Under the pieces are notes generated by a model that was not told where the DNA came from, ran no database searches, and saw only the letters and a list, made by a program, of their open reading frames with translations. Made by a program: the position numbers and the translations under genes. From Parcubacteria group bacterium Athens0714_12 (GTDB lineage Bacteria > Patescibacteriota > Patescibacteriia > UBA2591 > VMGY01): a stretch of DNA of 64,000 nt. The DNA is taken from the NCBI GenBank assembly GCA_007378955.1, contig VMGY01000007.1, forward strand, positions 8,644-72,643, given 5' to 3'. Of this stretch, positions 17,601 through 26,622 are shown one piece after another (within the stretch, counting starts at the first letter, position 1; the number at the start of each line of letters is the position of its first letter).

Positions 17601-18455
17601 ATGAAAAATATCATAATATCAAAACCAAAGAATGACTCAGTTATCGCTCAATTAAGTTCGCTTTATAACACCTTTAAAAACGTTAGTTTTGGCGACAATT
17701 TAGAATTTAATTTGTCATTATTGGATTGGGTTTGTCCTTCATTAATATTGCCGATAAGCGCCTATATAAATAGTACTCGGAGCAGTTATAAAACAGATAA
17801 TTGCGGCATTAAGTCTTATTTGGAAAAAATAAGCTTTCCGCGAGGCGTAAATTCTATTTCTTTATTTCAATATAGAACTCAGAAATATAAAAGCTATATC
17901 CCGATAAGTGTCTTAAAAAAAGAATCAGGAATTGAAAGGGAAAGATTAGAATCATTGTTTTCAGAAAAAATTTATGAAACACTTGGCAATGTGCCAGGAG
18001 CGCAAAGCGCCGTAGTTTACCCCATATCAGAATTAGCAACTAATATTTTTGAGCATAGCAAAAAAGATTCAGGTTTTATTTTTGGGCAATTTTATCCCAA
18101 GAAAAATTATCTTGATATCTGCATAGTAGATTGCGGAAGAGGATTTGCCGCGGCTTATAAAGAAGAAAAGAATTTAAATTTGACGGACGCGGAAGCTATT
18201 AACCAGGCAATATTAGGCAACTCGGTTAAAAAAGACAGAGAAAGAGGATATGGAATAAGAACTTCAAAAAATGTGGTGTGTCACGCGCTAAAAGGAGGGA
18301 GTTTTGTTTTAATTTCTGGTTCTTGCGCGTTGCTTTCCACGGGAAAAGCGGAAAAGTTAGTATCTTTACCTAAATTTTATTGGCAAGGAACTATTATTGC
18401 TTATAGGATACCTAAACCATTGGGACCTATTGATATTTCCGGATATTATGAGTAA
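17601..18455 (+). CDS. GHKL/HATPase_c-like ATP-binding protein
   Basis: N box ELATNIFEHS, G1 box IVDCGRGF, G2 box RGYGI, terminal WQGT. Confidence 0.75.
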   Translation: MKNIIISKPKNDSVIAQLSSLYNTFKNVSFGDNLEFNLSLLDWVCPSLILPISAYINSTRSSYKTDNCGIKSYLEKISFPRGVNSISLFQYRTQKYKSYIPISVLKKESGIERERLESLFSEKIYETLGNVPGAQSAVVYPISELATNIFEHSKKDSGFIFGQFYPKKNYLDICIVDCGRGFAAAYKEEKNLNLTDAEAINQAILGNSVKKDRERGYGIRTSKNVVCHALKGGSFVLISGSCALLSTGKAEKLVSLPKFYWQGTIIAYRIPKPLGPIDISGYYE

Positions 18456-18506
18456 TATTAATTAAAATCAATTTTGCGGCGTAAATACTATAATAACTAT
18501 AAATTT

Positions 18507-18881
18507 ATGAAAATCAAAAAAAGTCAAAATTTAACTAAAATCAATATAGCTAATCTAATAGCCCCGATTATAAGTTCCCGGAGCATAGCTGATATATTAG
18601 AAAAAGAAATTAAAGGAGTTGATGCTAAATCAATAAATTTAGATTTTAGCAAGGTTAAATTTATTTCTCGTTCAGCCGCTCACGCTCTGCTTTTATTGAA
18701 GGAAAAAATTGAAACTAAAACTTTTAATAAAAAAGAAGTAAATTTTGTAAATGCCAATAATGATATTGCCGAAATGCTTCGCATTGTAGCCGCGAATAGG
18801 GCATTTCCTAAAGATAAAAAATTCCAATTTAATCCAAAAAAAGTCAGTATAAATTCTTTGTTAAAAAAGGCAGTGATATAG
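18507..18881 (+). CDS. STAS-like (DUF4325-type) protein
   Basis: ISSRS.A, INLDFSKVKFISRSAAH.L motif; directly follows the ATPase. Confidence 0.75.
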   Translation: MKIKKSQNLTKINIANLIAPIISSRSIADILEKEIKGVDAKSINLDFSKVKFISRSAAHALLLLKEKIETKTFNKKEVNFVNANNDIAEMLRIVAANRAFPKDKKFQFNPKKVSINSLLKKAVI

Positions 18882-19052
18882 CTTTAAATTTTTTTAGCGG
18901 TTTTTTTTCATCTGATATTTAAAGCTAATCCAGTCATTTGAATTTCTTACCGCTTTCTGCCAATAGGTTCTAACATTGTCTACCACGGAGCTCCAGAATA
19001 TTAATAAATTTATAAATATGTGGCCAAGAGGAATGTAGCAAAAAATTCCGGA

Positions 19053-19286
19053 TTATCCGGAATTTTTGTTTTGATTTCCTTTAAAACAGTCACACCCCTC
19101 CCATTTTTTGTATTTCATTTTTTCTATGCAAGGATTTCCATTGTTGCAATACCAAGCTCTGGCGCTCTCTATATCCATTAGGCAAAAACTTTGGAAATAA
19201 TTGTTGCATTTCGATGGTTCTTTAGTAAGACTTTCCTCATAACTTTCCCTTTCAAACCTACCTAATTCATTAGGATTTTTATGCAT
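19053..19286 (-). CDS. Small Cys-rich hypothetical protein
   Basis: 77-aa ORF with AAGGAGGA SD and palindromic terminator at 19042-19067. Confidence 0.6.
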   Translation of the reverse strand: MHKNPNELGRFERESYEESLTKEPSKCNNYFQSFCLMDIESARAWYCNNGNPCIEKMKYKKWEGCDCFKGNQNKNSG

Positions 19287-19434
19287 TTTATCCTCCTTTT
19301 TCAGTTTTCCACACTCTTTAAAGATTATTATTTTAATTTTTCAAGGTGTAAAATTGTTTTTATATCTTAACACAAATCAAAAAAAAATGAAAGAGTTTTG
19401 ATATATGATTTTTTTAGTGATTTTAAACTATTTT

Positions 19435-20979
19435 TTAATACGCTTTTTTTATCTCAATGTCGGTATAATAATATTTTAAAATCTGGCCGAAGCTGTATTC
19501 TTTTCCCAGAAGCAAAGCGCCGCGGGAACTCATTCCCACGCCGTGGCCGAGCATTGTTTTGCCTTTCATGTAAGGGTCGGGCTTGCTGACTAACCATGGC
19601 TTGCTGCCCGACCAGACTTCGCTCCAGCTTCTTGTTCGTCCGTCGCTTTGGGAAAAATAAGGCGTAATCGCCAAAGTATTATTGTAAAAAACCATCATTC
19701 CTTTTGTTTCATCAACCGCTTTGGTAATATTCGGCGAACGTTTTTCCATCCCATAACCGCGGTAGACTTGGTCGCCTTCCGTGGCAGTGACGGTAAAAAT
19801 TCCATGTTTAAAGGGTTCAAGGACATGGTAGGTGGCGTAAGCGCGGGCGGCGACAACCAAAGATTTAAGAAATTCAAAAGGCGAAACATCAACCGCCTCC
19901 GCCAAACCTTTCAGATAATCTTCCATTTTCAATTCATTAATCACCCAAAGCCGGCCAGACCCGCCTTCCGCCGGGTCGGCATAATGAGTTTCTAAAACTC
20001 CTTTGAATTGATTATCGTTCAAATTTTGATTCCAGCTTGGCGAATTTTGATAACTTGAAATTTCCAAAATTGTGTTTTCGTCTTTAGGAGCAAATCTCAA
20101 AATAGAATCAGTGCTTAAAATTCTTTGACCGCTGATATTTAAAAATTGCCTTTCAAGGGAAAAATCAAAAACTATTTCAATTTCTTCGCCTTCGGTTTGA
20201 GTGACTAATAATTTATTATTTTCATCCCTGATTTCGTAAGGCCCGTTAGCTTTAATTTTTATCGGTTTTTCACTGTGGAGAAGCCCGACGCGCACGTTCG
20301 GCTCTTCCATGTTTAATAAATTGGAATCTTCTTTTATTTCAGACAAGTCAAAATCAGGCATATCATAGGTGCCGGCGGAAGAGCTGGTGATTTGGCTGTT
20401 ATTGTTTTCAGTTGGCGCGGGAGTTTCTGTTTTTTTAACAATAGTTGTCGGCGCTAAAACCCTGATTGGCACTTCTATTTCTCCGCCGCCAATTTTTTCT
20501 TCGCCTCTCATTAAGTCAAGTTTTACCCAATACAAGCCGCTGTCAGCAGGCGCGGTCAGGGCGAATTTAAAAGTTCCTTCCTGGCCCGGTTTAATCGAGC
20601 CTTCCGAAAGTTTGGCCGGCTCCCGGCCATTCAGCCAAAATTTATGATAAAAAGCGCTTTGGTTTATTATACTGCGGTGTCTGATGGTTACCATATTGTT
20701 GCCGGTATTGTACCAAGTGTTACTTCCGCTGTTTTTGAACTTGAACCAAAAGGTAAAGGATTTGCCCGGTTCAAGATTGATGATATAGGGATAGCTTTGG
20801 TTAGTTTTTTGCGCTTGATAGTTTTGCGCCTTAACTCCAACAGGCAAAAGCGTTAATAAAGCCAAAGATAAAATTAAATAATTTTTTAATTTCACCCCGT
20901 TAGAAACCTTTTTTAAGAAAGGCATTTTACGGAGTTTTTTGATATAATTATTTTTCATAAAATTTCTAACGGGGTTCAT
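19435..20979 (-). CDS. SpoIID/LytB-domain protein with N-terminal NBR1-like Ig domain
   Basis: Signal peptide, FKNSGSNTW...IKPGQ..TF.F.LTAP, INEL.MEDYLKGLAE, VAARAY, DQVY.G, GHGVGMS; first 28 codons derive from an inserted element. Confidence 0.85.
   Translation of the reverse strand: MNPVRNFMKNNYIKKLRKMPFLKKVSNGVKLKNYLILSLALLTLLPVGVKAQNYQAQKTNQSYPYIINLEPGKSFTFWFKFKNSGSNTWYNTGNNMVTIRHRSIINQSAFYHKFWLNGREPAKLSEGSIKPGQEGTFKFALTAPADSGLYWVKLDLMRGEEKIGGGEIEVPIRVLAPTTIVKKTETPAPTENNNSQITSSSAGTYDMPDFDLSEIKEDSNLLNMEEPNVRVGLLHSEKPIKIKANGPYEIRDENNKLLVTQTEGEEIEIVFDFSLERQFLNISGQRILSTDSILRFAPKDENTILEISSYQNSPSWNQNLNDNQFKGVLETHYADPAEGGSGRLWVINELKMEDYLKGLAEAVDVSPFEFLKSLVVAARAYATYHVLEPFKHGIFTVTATEGDQVYRGYGMEKRSPNITKAVDETKGMMVFYNNTLAITPYFSQSDGRTRSWSEVWSGSKPWLVSKPDPYMKGKTMLGHGVGMSSRGALLLGKEYSFGQILKYYYTDIEIKKAY
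20895..20974 (-). mobile_element. 80-bp palindromic element inserted in frame at the start codon, TGAA duplication
   Basis: ccccgttagaaa (20895-20906) / tttctaacgggg (20963-20974), 12/12; ttca at 20891-20894 and 20975-20978. Confidence 0.82.
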
Positions 20980-21113
20980 ATATTATTATTTTACCATAAG
21001 ATTAACCAAGGTCAAACATTGACAAAATAAAAAAAAATGTGATAGATTGAATTTCAATAATTGTTCCTTGAAATATTAACATTAACCCTAAAAATCAGGA
21101 GGTGAAAGATAGG

Positions 21114-21560
21114 ATGAATCATTCAAAAGGTTTAGTTATATGTGTATTAGTTTTATGGTTAATAGCAGTTTTAATGGTAGTAGTATTGCCTCTATTAGGG
21201 AATAAACGAATTATGCAAGGACTGCATGATTTGAAACGAATTAGAGTAGTTGGAGGTCCTGAAATAAGTGGTTCTTTTTTTCTGGGCTGTGGTTCAGTTT
21301 CAAGCGGTAATTTCAACAGTGTGCGGTTTTGGTGGCAAGATAATACTGCGCCAGAAATTTATTACTGCACCACGCTTGATTTTGATTCAGTGATTGTAGT
21401 GGAAGATGAGACGTTGGAATTTCCCAAAGTCGAATTTATTGATTACGAAAAATATTGCGGAATAAGATCCTTATATGGAAAGCTTCCTGAATCCGCAAAG
21501 ATTTACACCCCTTCAAAATATTGGGAGTTTCAAATTGAGGATTTAAAAACAAAGTTTTAA
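21114..21560 (+). CDS. Hypothetical membrane-anchored protein
   Basis: N-terminal TM helix; AGGAGGTGA SD favours ATG 21114; TTGACA promoter at 21019; terminator 21577-21608. Confidence 0.7.
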   Translation: MNHSKGLVICVLVLWLIAVLMVVVLPLLGNKRIMQGLHDLKRIRVVGGPEISGSFFLGCGSVSSGNFNSVRFWWQDNTAPEIYYCTTLDFDSVIVVEDETLEFPKVEFIDYEKYCGIRSLYGKLPESAKIYTPSKYWEFQIEDLKTKF

Positions 21561-21576
21561 CAGAATTTTTAACACG

Positions 21577-21608
21577 CCCGCTTTGCAAAACAGCAAAGCG
21601 GGTTTTTT
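21577..21608 (+). terminator. Intrinsic terminator
   Basis: cccgctttgc-aaaaca-gcaaagcggg followed by T run. Confidence 0.8.
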
Positions 21609-21638
21609 ATTATCAAAATTTAATGTTATGATAGAAAT

Positions 21639-22877
21639 ATGAATTTTGTGTTTTTAATTTTATTTTCGCTATTTTTTCTTTATTTATCATGGAAAAAGCC
21701 GATTGTGGCTTTGGCTTTTATTGTCGCTTTTCTACCGAGTTATTTAATCCGCTTTAAAATCGGATTTTTGCCGATGACTTTGTTGGAATTGATGATTTTG
21801 ATTTTATTTGTTATCTGGTTGATTAAAAAAAAAGAAAAATGGAATTTAAGCCATTTTAAATACCCGATTATTTTTTGGCTAGTTGCGGCGACAATCGCTG
21901 TTTTTGTTTCGCCTGATTGGTGGCCTGCTTTGGGAATCTGGAAAGCGTATTTTATTGAGCCGATTTTATTTTTTATTGTTTTTATTAATGTTGTGAAAAC
22001 AACGGGATCCTTCGCTGGCGCTCAGGATGACATAGGCTTGAATTTAATTTTCAGGGCTTTGGGATTTTCCGCGCTTTATATTTCCCTTTTCGCCATTTGG
22101 CAAAAAATTACCGGACAAGGAATTTTGAGTTTGCAGTCCTGGCAGGGCGAGAAAATTTTAAGAGCAACTTCCATCTTTGAATACCCGAATGCCGTCGGAT
22201 TATTTTTAGCCCCTTTGATTTTAATTTTTATCGGCCAGAAAAAGCAAAAAATTTTTTATTGGCTGGTGGCATTTTTATCCTTGATGGCGATTATTTTCGC
22301 CCAATCCGAAGGGGCTATTGCAGGAATTTTGGCGGGATTAATTTTTATCGGCTTAGCGATAAAATCCGCGAGAAAATTTACGCTTGCCGGATTGTTTATT
22401 TCCATGATTATAATTTTTTCTTTCGCGCCTTTGAAAAATTATCTTTGGCAGAAAGCGAGCTTGAATGATTTTTCCGGCCAAATCAGAAAAGAAATGTGGA
22501 GCGAAACTTGGCAGATGCTGAAAGAAAAACCGATTTTCGGCGCTGGTTTGGCTGGTTACCAAAAAGCAGTGGAGCCATACCATAAAAAAGATTACATAGA
22601 AATTTATCTCTATCCTCATAATATTTTTTTTAATTTTTGGAGCGAATTGGGAATTATCGGGTTATTCGTTTTCCTTTGGCTTGTTTTTAAATTTTTTCGC
22701 CTTGGCTTCAAATCAAAATCGTCATTTTTTATTATGGCCGCGATGATTGCCATACTCGTTCATGGCTTGGTTGATGTTCCTTATTTCAAAAATGATTTAT
22801 CAGTGTTATTTTGGCTGATTATTGGCTTGATGCAAATTAGCAGTAATCAAGAAGATAAAAAAATCCCTATTGTTTAA
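21639..22877 (+). CDS. O-antigen ligase (Wzy_C/WaaL-like) family membrane protein
   Basis: Multi-TM; RATSIFEYPNAVG, R..MW......KP.FG.G, YPHNIFFNFWSELG..G, HGLVD. Confidence 0.88.
   Translation: MNFVFLILFSLFFLYLSWKKPIVALAFIVAFLPSYLIRFKIGFLPMTLLELMILILFVIWLIKKKEKWNLSHFKYPIIFWLVAATIAVFVSPDWWPALGIWKAYFIEPILFFIVFINVVKTTGSFAGAQDDIGLNLIFRALGFSALYISLFAIWQKITGQGILSLQSWQGEKILRATSIFEYPNAVGLFLAPLILIFIGQKKQKIFYWLVAFLSLMAIIFAQSEGAIAGILAGLIFIGLAIKSARKFTLAGLFISMIIIFSFAPLKNYLWQKASLNDFSGQIRKEMWSETWQMLKEKPIFGAGLAGYQKAVEPYHKKDYIEIYLYPHNIFFNFWSELGIIGLFVFLWLVFKFFRLGFKSKSSFFIMAAMIAILVHGLVDVPYFKNDLSVLFWLIIGLMQISSNQEDKKIPIV
22005..22032 (+). repeat. Half of a GTCAT-type palindromic repeat inside the CDS
   Basis: ggatccttcgctggcgctcaggatgaca, translated GSFAGAQDD in a loop. 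Confidence 0.6.
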
Positions 22878-22930
22878 AACAAAAAAAATAACGCCAAAGG
22901 ATTATTCCTCTGGCGTTTTGATTTTAAATT

Positions 22931-23914
22931 TTAGTTAAATCTCCTCAACCTCCTTTGTTTTTTTGATTCTTTATATTTACTATATTCATTGATGCCAAAA
23001 TCTTTTAATCGCTCCCAATTATTTTTAGTTCGCAGTTTGGACAGCGCTTTTTTAATGTTTTGCTCGACCCGTTGCCAGCTGATGGAGAGGTCTTCGCTAA
23101 TTTTTTTTAAAGTTCGTTCCAAGTAAAAATACTCTCTAAGACAACATTGCTCCGTCTTAGACAACTTGCTTTCCAAAAAAATTTTTTCTAATCCTTTTTT
23201 TAGTTGGAATTGAAAAATATTTTTTTCTACAACCTTGTCTGTTTGGAAGATTGAAATTTCTCCGGTTAATGTTCCGTTGGGAATTTTTTCATAAAGCCGC
23301 ATCCCGTCATTATCTGGATATGTTTGGCTGTCCAAGGAAAATAATCGATTTTCAAAATTCATTACCTCGGTGATGTTTTCAAATCTTTTATTTGTCCAGC
23401 GCAGGCTTTTTTTTATTTCTTCCTCTGTCGGCTCTCTCATTAAAATGTTTTTTAGCCTATTTTTACTTTTTTTAAATTTAGCTATGCAATCGCAAGCATA
23501 GACAGGAATTCGTATCGCTTTGCCATTTTTTATTGAATATTCCATGCCCTGCTTGATTTCCCACCAAAGATAGGTGCTATATCGGCAACCCCTTAAATAA
23601 TTAAATTTTTTAGTACCACTTATTAACCCAATCATTCCTTCTTGAAATAAATCGTCCGCATCCATTGATGGATCATAGAGTTTATTCAGGCAGTGATTAG
23701 AAATATTTATGACTAATTTAAAATTCTTAGCCATAATTTGACCGAGTATTTTTTTCCTCTTTTTCTCATTTTTAGTTTTTTTAAAAGCTTTAAGCAAAGA
23801 AAACATAATTTCGCCCAAAATTTCTTTAGCTTTTTTTTCCGCTGGCGTGGCGGGATGCAAAATTTTTACTGAATTATTACTTGATTCATAAGCAATACTG
23901 TTTAAATTCAACAT
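22931..23914 (-). CDS. Divergent sigma-70 family RNA polymerase sigma factor
   Basis: Region 2 (NFKLVINI, DLFQEGMIGL, YSTYLWWEIKQ), IRIPV, REPTEEEI, region 4 (TLKKI...ISWQRVEQ..KKALSKLR); SD AAGGAGGTG favours ATG 23914. Confidence 0.85.
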   Translation of the reverse strand: MLNLNSIAYESSNNSVKILHPATPAEKKAKEILGEIMFSLLKAFKKTKNEKKRKKILGQIMAKNFKLVINISNHCLNKLYDPSMDADDLFQEGMIGLISGTKKFNYLRGCRYSTYLWWEIKQGMEYSIKNGKAIRIPVYACDCIAKFKKSKNRLKNILMREPTEEEIKKSLRWTNKRFENITEVMNFENRLFSLDSQTYPDNDGMRLYEKIPNGTLTGEISIFQTDKVVEKNIFQFQLKKGLEKIFLESKLSKTEQCCLREYFYLERTLKKISEDLSISWQRVEQNIKKALSKLRTKNNWERLKDFGINEYSKYKESKKQRRLRRFN

Positions 23915-24112
23915 CTTCAACACCTCCTTTAAAGGTTAAATTTTTTGTTTTTTATTTATTTTTTTCAAAGGACTGTCATTTTTTAAATTTAAGAAGAGTA
24001 TATCATAAAATAATAATTTGTCAACTGCTGATACCTCCGCAGAAAGATTTTTTTTGATTCGCGACTAATGTTTTTATTTGATAAATTATGAAAAATTTAA
24101 TATCATAAAGAG

Positions 24113-25099
24113 ATGATGTTAAAAAATAAGGCAAAAAAATATTTAATCGCTTTTTTTATTGTTTTGGGAATAATTAGTTTTTCGTTTAAAAAAGTTAACG
24201 GGCAGGAATTAAGAATAATTCCTCGCGCTGAATGGGGAGCGAACGAGAGTTTGAGATTTAATGAAAAAGGAGAAGATAAATGGCCGGAAGAATACGCTCC
24301 GGTTCAGAAGTTTATCATTCACCATAGCGGCACGACTTTAAAAGACAATGATAAAAACGGCGCGGTTGACCAAGAAGATTATAAAGCCACCATCAGGGCG
24401 ATTTATAATTGGCACGCTCAAGTTTTAAATTGGGGCGATATCGGGTATAACTATTTAATTGACCCGCTGGGGAATATTTATCAAGGCAGATATGGCAGCG
24501 ATGGCGTGGTTGGCGGGCATGCTTTGGATGATGTTAAAAATATTGGCTATAACCGGGGCAGTGTCGGCATTGTAATTTTAGGCACTTACGGCGGTTGGGT
24601 TTATGAGCAGGAACAAGGAGAATATTTAAAAAAGCCGGAACAATTTCCGGAAATTGGCGGCATCCAAAAAATCGGCCAAGAAGAGCAACATAACGGCAGA
24701 TGGCGCGTTCGGGTCGAGGGCAATATTTCCCAAGCCGCGAAAGACAGCTTGTCTTCTTTAATTTCTTCAAAATCAAAAAAGTTTAATATCTCCCCGAATG
24801 GCTATAGTGATTTTGTTGATTTAATTAATATCCCAAATATAATAGGTCATCGCGACGTAGACAGGACGACTTGCCCGGGCGAAAATTTGTATGCTTCGTT
24901 GCCGGAAATCAGAAATTTAGCGCAAAGTAAATATGGCCAATCAGTTAAAGCAGCTAATATTAATCGTATTTTTGCCGCCAGTTTGCAGGGGCAAAGCGAT
25001 TCGGAAATTACTTTAAAGCCCAATGAAACAAAAGAGATTTATCTTGAGTATAAAAATGAGGGCAATACGGCGGCGATGAAGTTTATTTGGCCAGCATAG
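24113..25099 (+). CDS. N-acetylmuramoyl-L-alanine amidase (Amidase_2/PGRP-like), N-terminal part of a frameshifted gene
   Basis: IIPRAEWGA, IIHHS, WGDIGYNYLID..G.IYQGR, GGHA, GHRD...T.CPG. Confidence 0.85.
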   Translation: MMLKNKAKKYLIAFFIVLGIISFSFKKVNGQELRIIPRAEWGANESLRFNEKGEDKWPEEYAPVQKFIIHHSGTTLKDNDKNGAVDQEDYKATIRAIYNWHAQVLNWGDIGYNYLIDPLGNIYQGRYGSDGVVGGHALDDVKNIGYNRGSVGIVILGTYGGWVYEQEQGEYLKKPEQFPEIGGIQKIGQEEQHNGRWRVRVEGNISQAAKDSLSSLISSKSKKFNISPNGYSDFVDLINIPNIIGHRDVDRTTCPGENLYASLPEIRNLAQSKYGQSVKAANINRIFAASLQGQSDSEITLKPNETKEIYLEYKNEGNTAAMKFIWPA

Positions 25100-26058
25100 A
25101 AAAAAAAGAACAAATGCTGGGGAATAAAATCGCCAGCGAACCGGAGATTATAAAACTGACTCATTCCGTCGCGCCGGGAGAAAAAATAAAATTTAATCTT
25201 ACTTTGAAACCGCCTGCCGCAGGAACAAAAATAGAAAAAATTTATTTACTTTTTTGGGGAAATAAAGCTTGGCTGCCGTCCACCGAAGGAAAAATTTTAA
25301 TGAATGTCAGAAGAGACAATTATGCCGCGGCAATGAGTTTTTCCAATTTGCCGGAAAAAATTTGGGCGAAGGACATTATTCCCGGACAAATTAAATTTAA
25401 AAATGTCGGCTTAAAGTCTTGGATTGTGGATAAATTAAAATTAAAGATTTTTGACAGCGGCTATAAGTCGTCTCTCTTTAAAAATTTCGATTGGCCGGAT
25501 AAAGACGGCAGTTTTAAAGCAATTTCTGATTTAAAAGAAATCAAGCCGGATGAAGAAATAACTTTTAATTTTAATTTAAAAGCGCCGACTTTGCCGTGGC
25601 TGTTTAAAAATATTTTTAAATTAGAGATAGAAGGAGTAGAAAAAATGGTGGACGCGGAGGCGGAAAATTTTATTCAAGTGGAACCGGATTTAAAAGCGGG
25701 ATTAACCACCCATTCCTTTCCACACGCGATGCTTAATGTTTGGCGGCCATCGGTGATGCTGAAATTCAAGAACACAGGCAGAAAAGCGTGGGATAAAAAT
25801 TTAATTTTGAAGTCTTTCAGCAGTGATAATAAAACCAGCCCTTTTTATCATTCTTCTTGGGAAAGTTCCATGATAATAGAGAAATTAGACGGAAAAGTGG
25901 AGCCCGGGCAAGAAGTCACTTTTATTTTTAAATTAAAAGCGCCCAGCAAGGCGAATCTTTATCAGCATAAATTCAGCTTATTCCAAGGCAATGAAAGAGT
26001 TTATATTAATGAAAAACCGGAATTGATATTTTCTACCCGCGTTGACTCGGCTCAATAG
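25087..26058 (+). pseudogene. C-terminal NBR1-like Ig repeats, probably the frameshifted continuation of the amidase
   Basis: Repeats KN.G...W...V.PGE...F.F.LK.P; frame is open upstream of the TTG start (DEVYLASIEK) at the point where the amidase breaks inside such a repeat. Confidence 0.65.
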
Positions 26059-26097
26059 AAGTTATAAGTTATTAGTTGTAAGTTATGAGTTGCCCCC

Positions 26098-26188
26098 GGT
26101 GGGGTGCGAGAGTGGTTTAATCGGGCGGTCTCGAAAACCGCTGTCGCCTCATCGGCGACCGCAGGTTCAAATCCTGCCCCCACCGCCA
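26098..26188 (+). tRNA. tRNA-Ser(CGA)
   Basis: Anticodon arm gcggt-ctCGAaa-accgc, long variable arm, GGTTCAAATCC, CCA. Confidence 0.95.
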
Positions 26189-26242
26189 ATTTTCAGAATT
26201 ATAATTTAAAAGCCAAAGCGATTAAGCTTTGGCTTTTTTGAT

Positions 26243-26467
26243 TTATTTAACAATGGTCGGGCATAAGAAGCATGGTTTGCGCAGGTCGCGGTCGTAAACA
26301 GGATGATGGTCATTAACTCCCTTTCTACAATGTTTATTTTTCGCTTTTTTTCTTTTAAGAGCCTTTTTGATTTCTTTTTCAAGATTTTTTTCTTGAAAGG
26401 CAATAACCATTCCATGCGAGTTATCAACAAATTTTTTAACCATTTTGCCAATTTTTCTTCGGCTCAT
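26243..26467 (-). CDS. Small basic hypothetical protein
   Basis: 74 aa, AAGGAGGA SD, TTGACA upstream, terminator 26208-26239. Confidence 0.55.
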   Translation of the reverse strand: MSRRKIGKMVKKFVDNSHGMVIAFQEKNLEKEIKKALKRKKAKNKHCRKGVNDHHPVYDRDLRKPCFLCPTIVK

Positions 26468-26622
26468 TATCTTCCTCCTTCTTAATATTTGTAAATGAAC
26501 ATTTTTGATATTTATTGCAATTGAATTTAATTACAGGTAATATTAATTTATTATCACAGTATTGTCAATGATTCGCGTTTCAGGCGAATTTAAAATAAAA
26601 TTTAGCATTTAATTAGTTAAAA

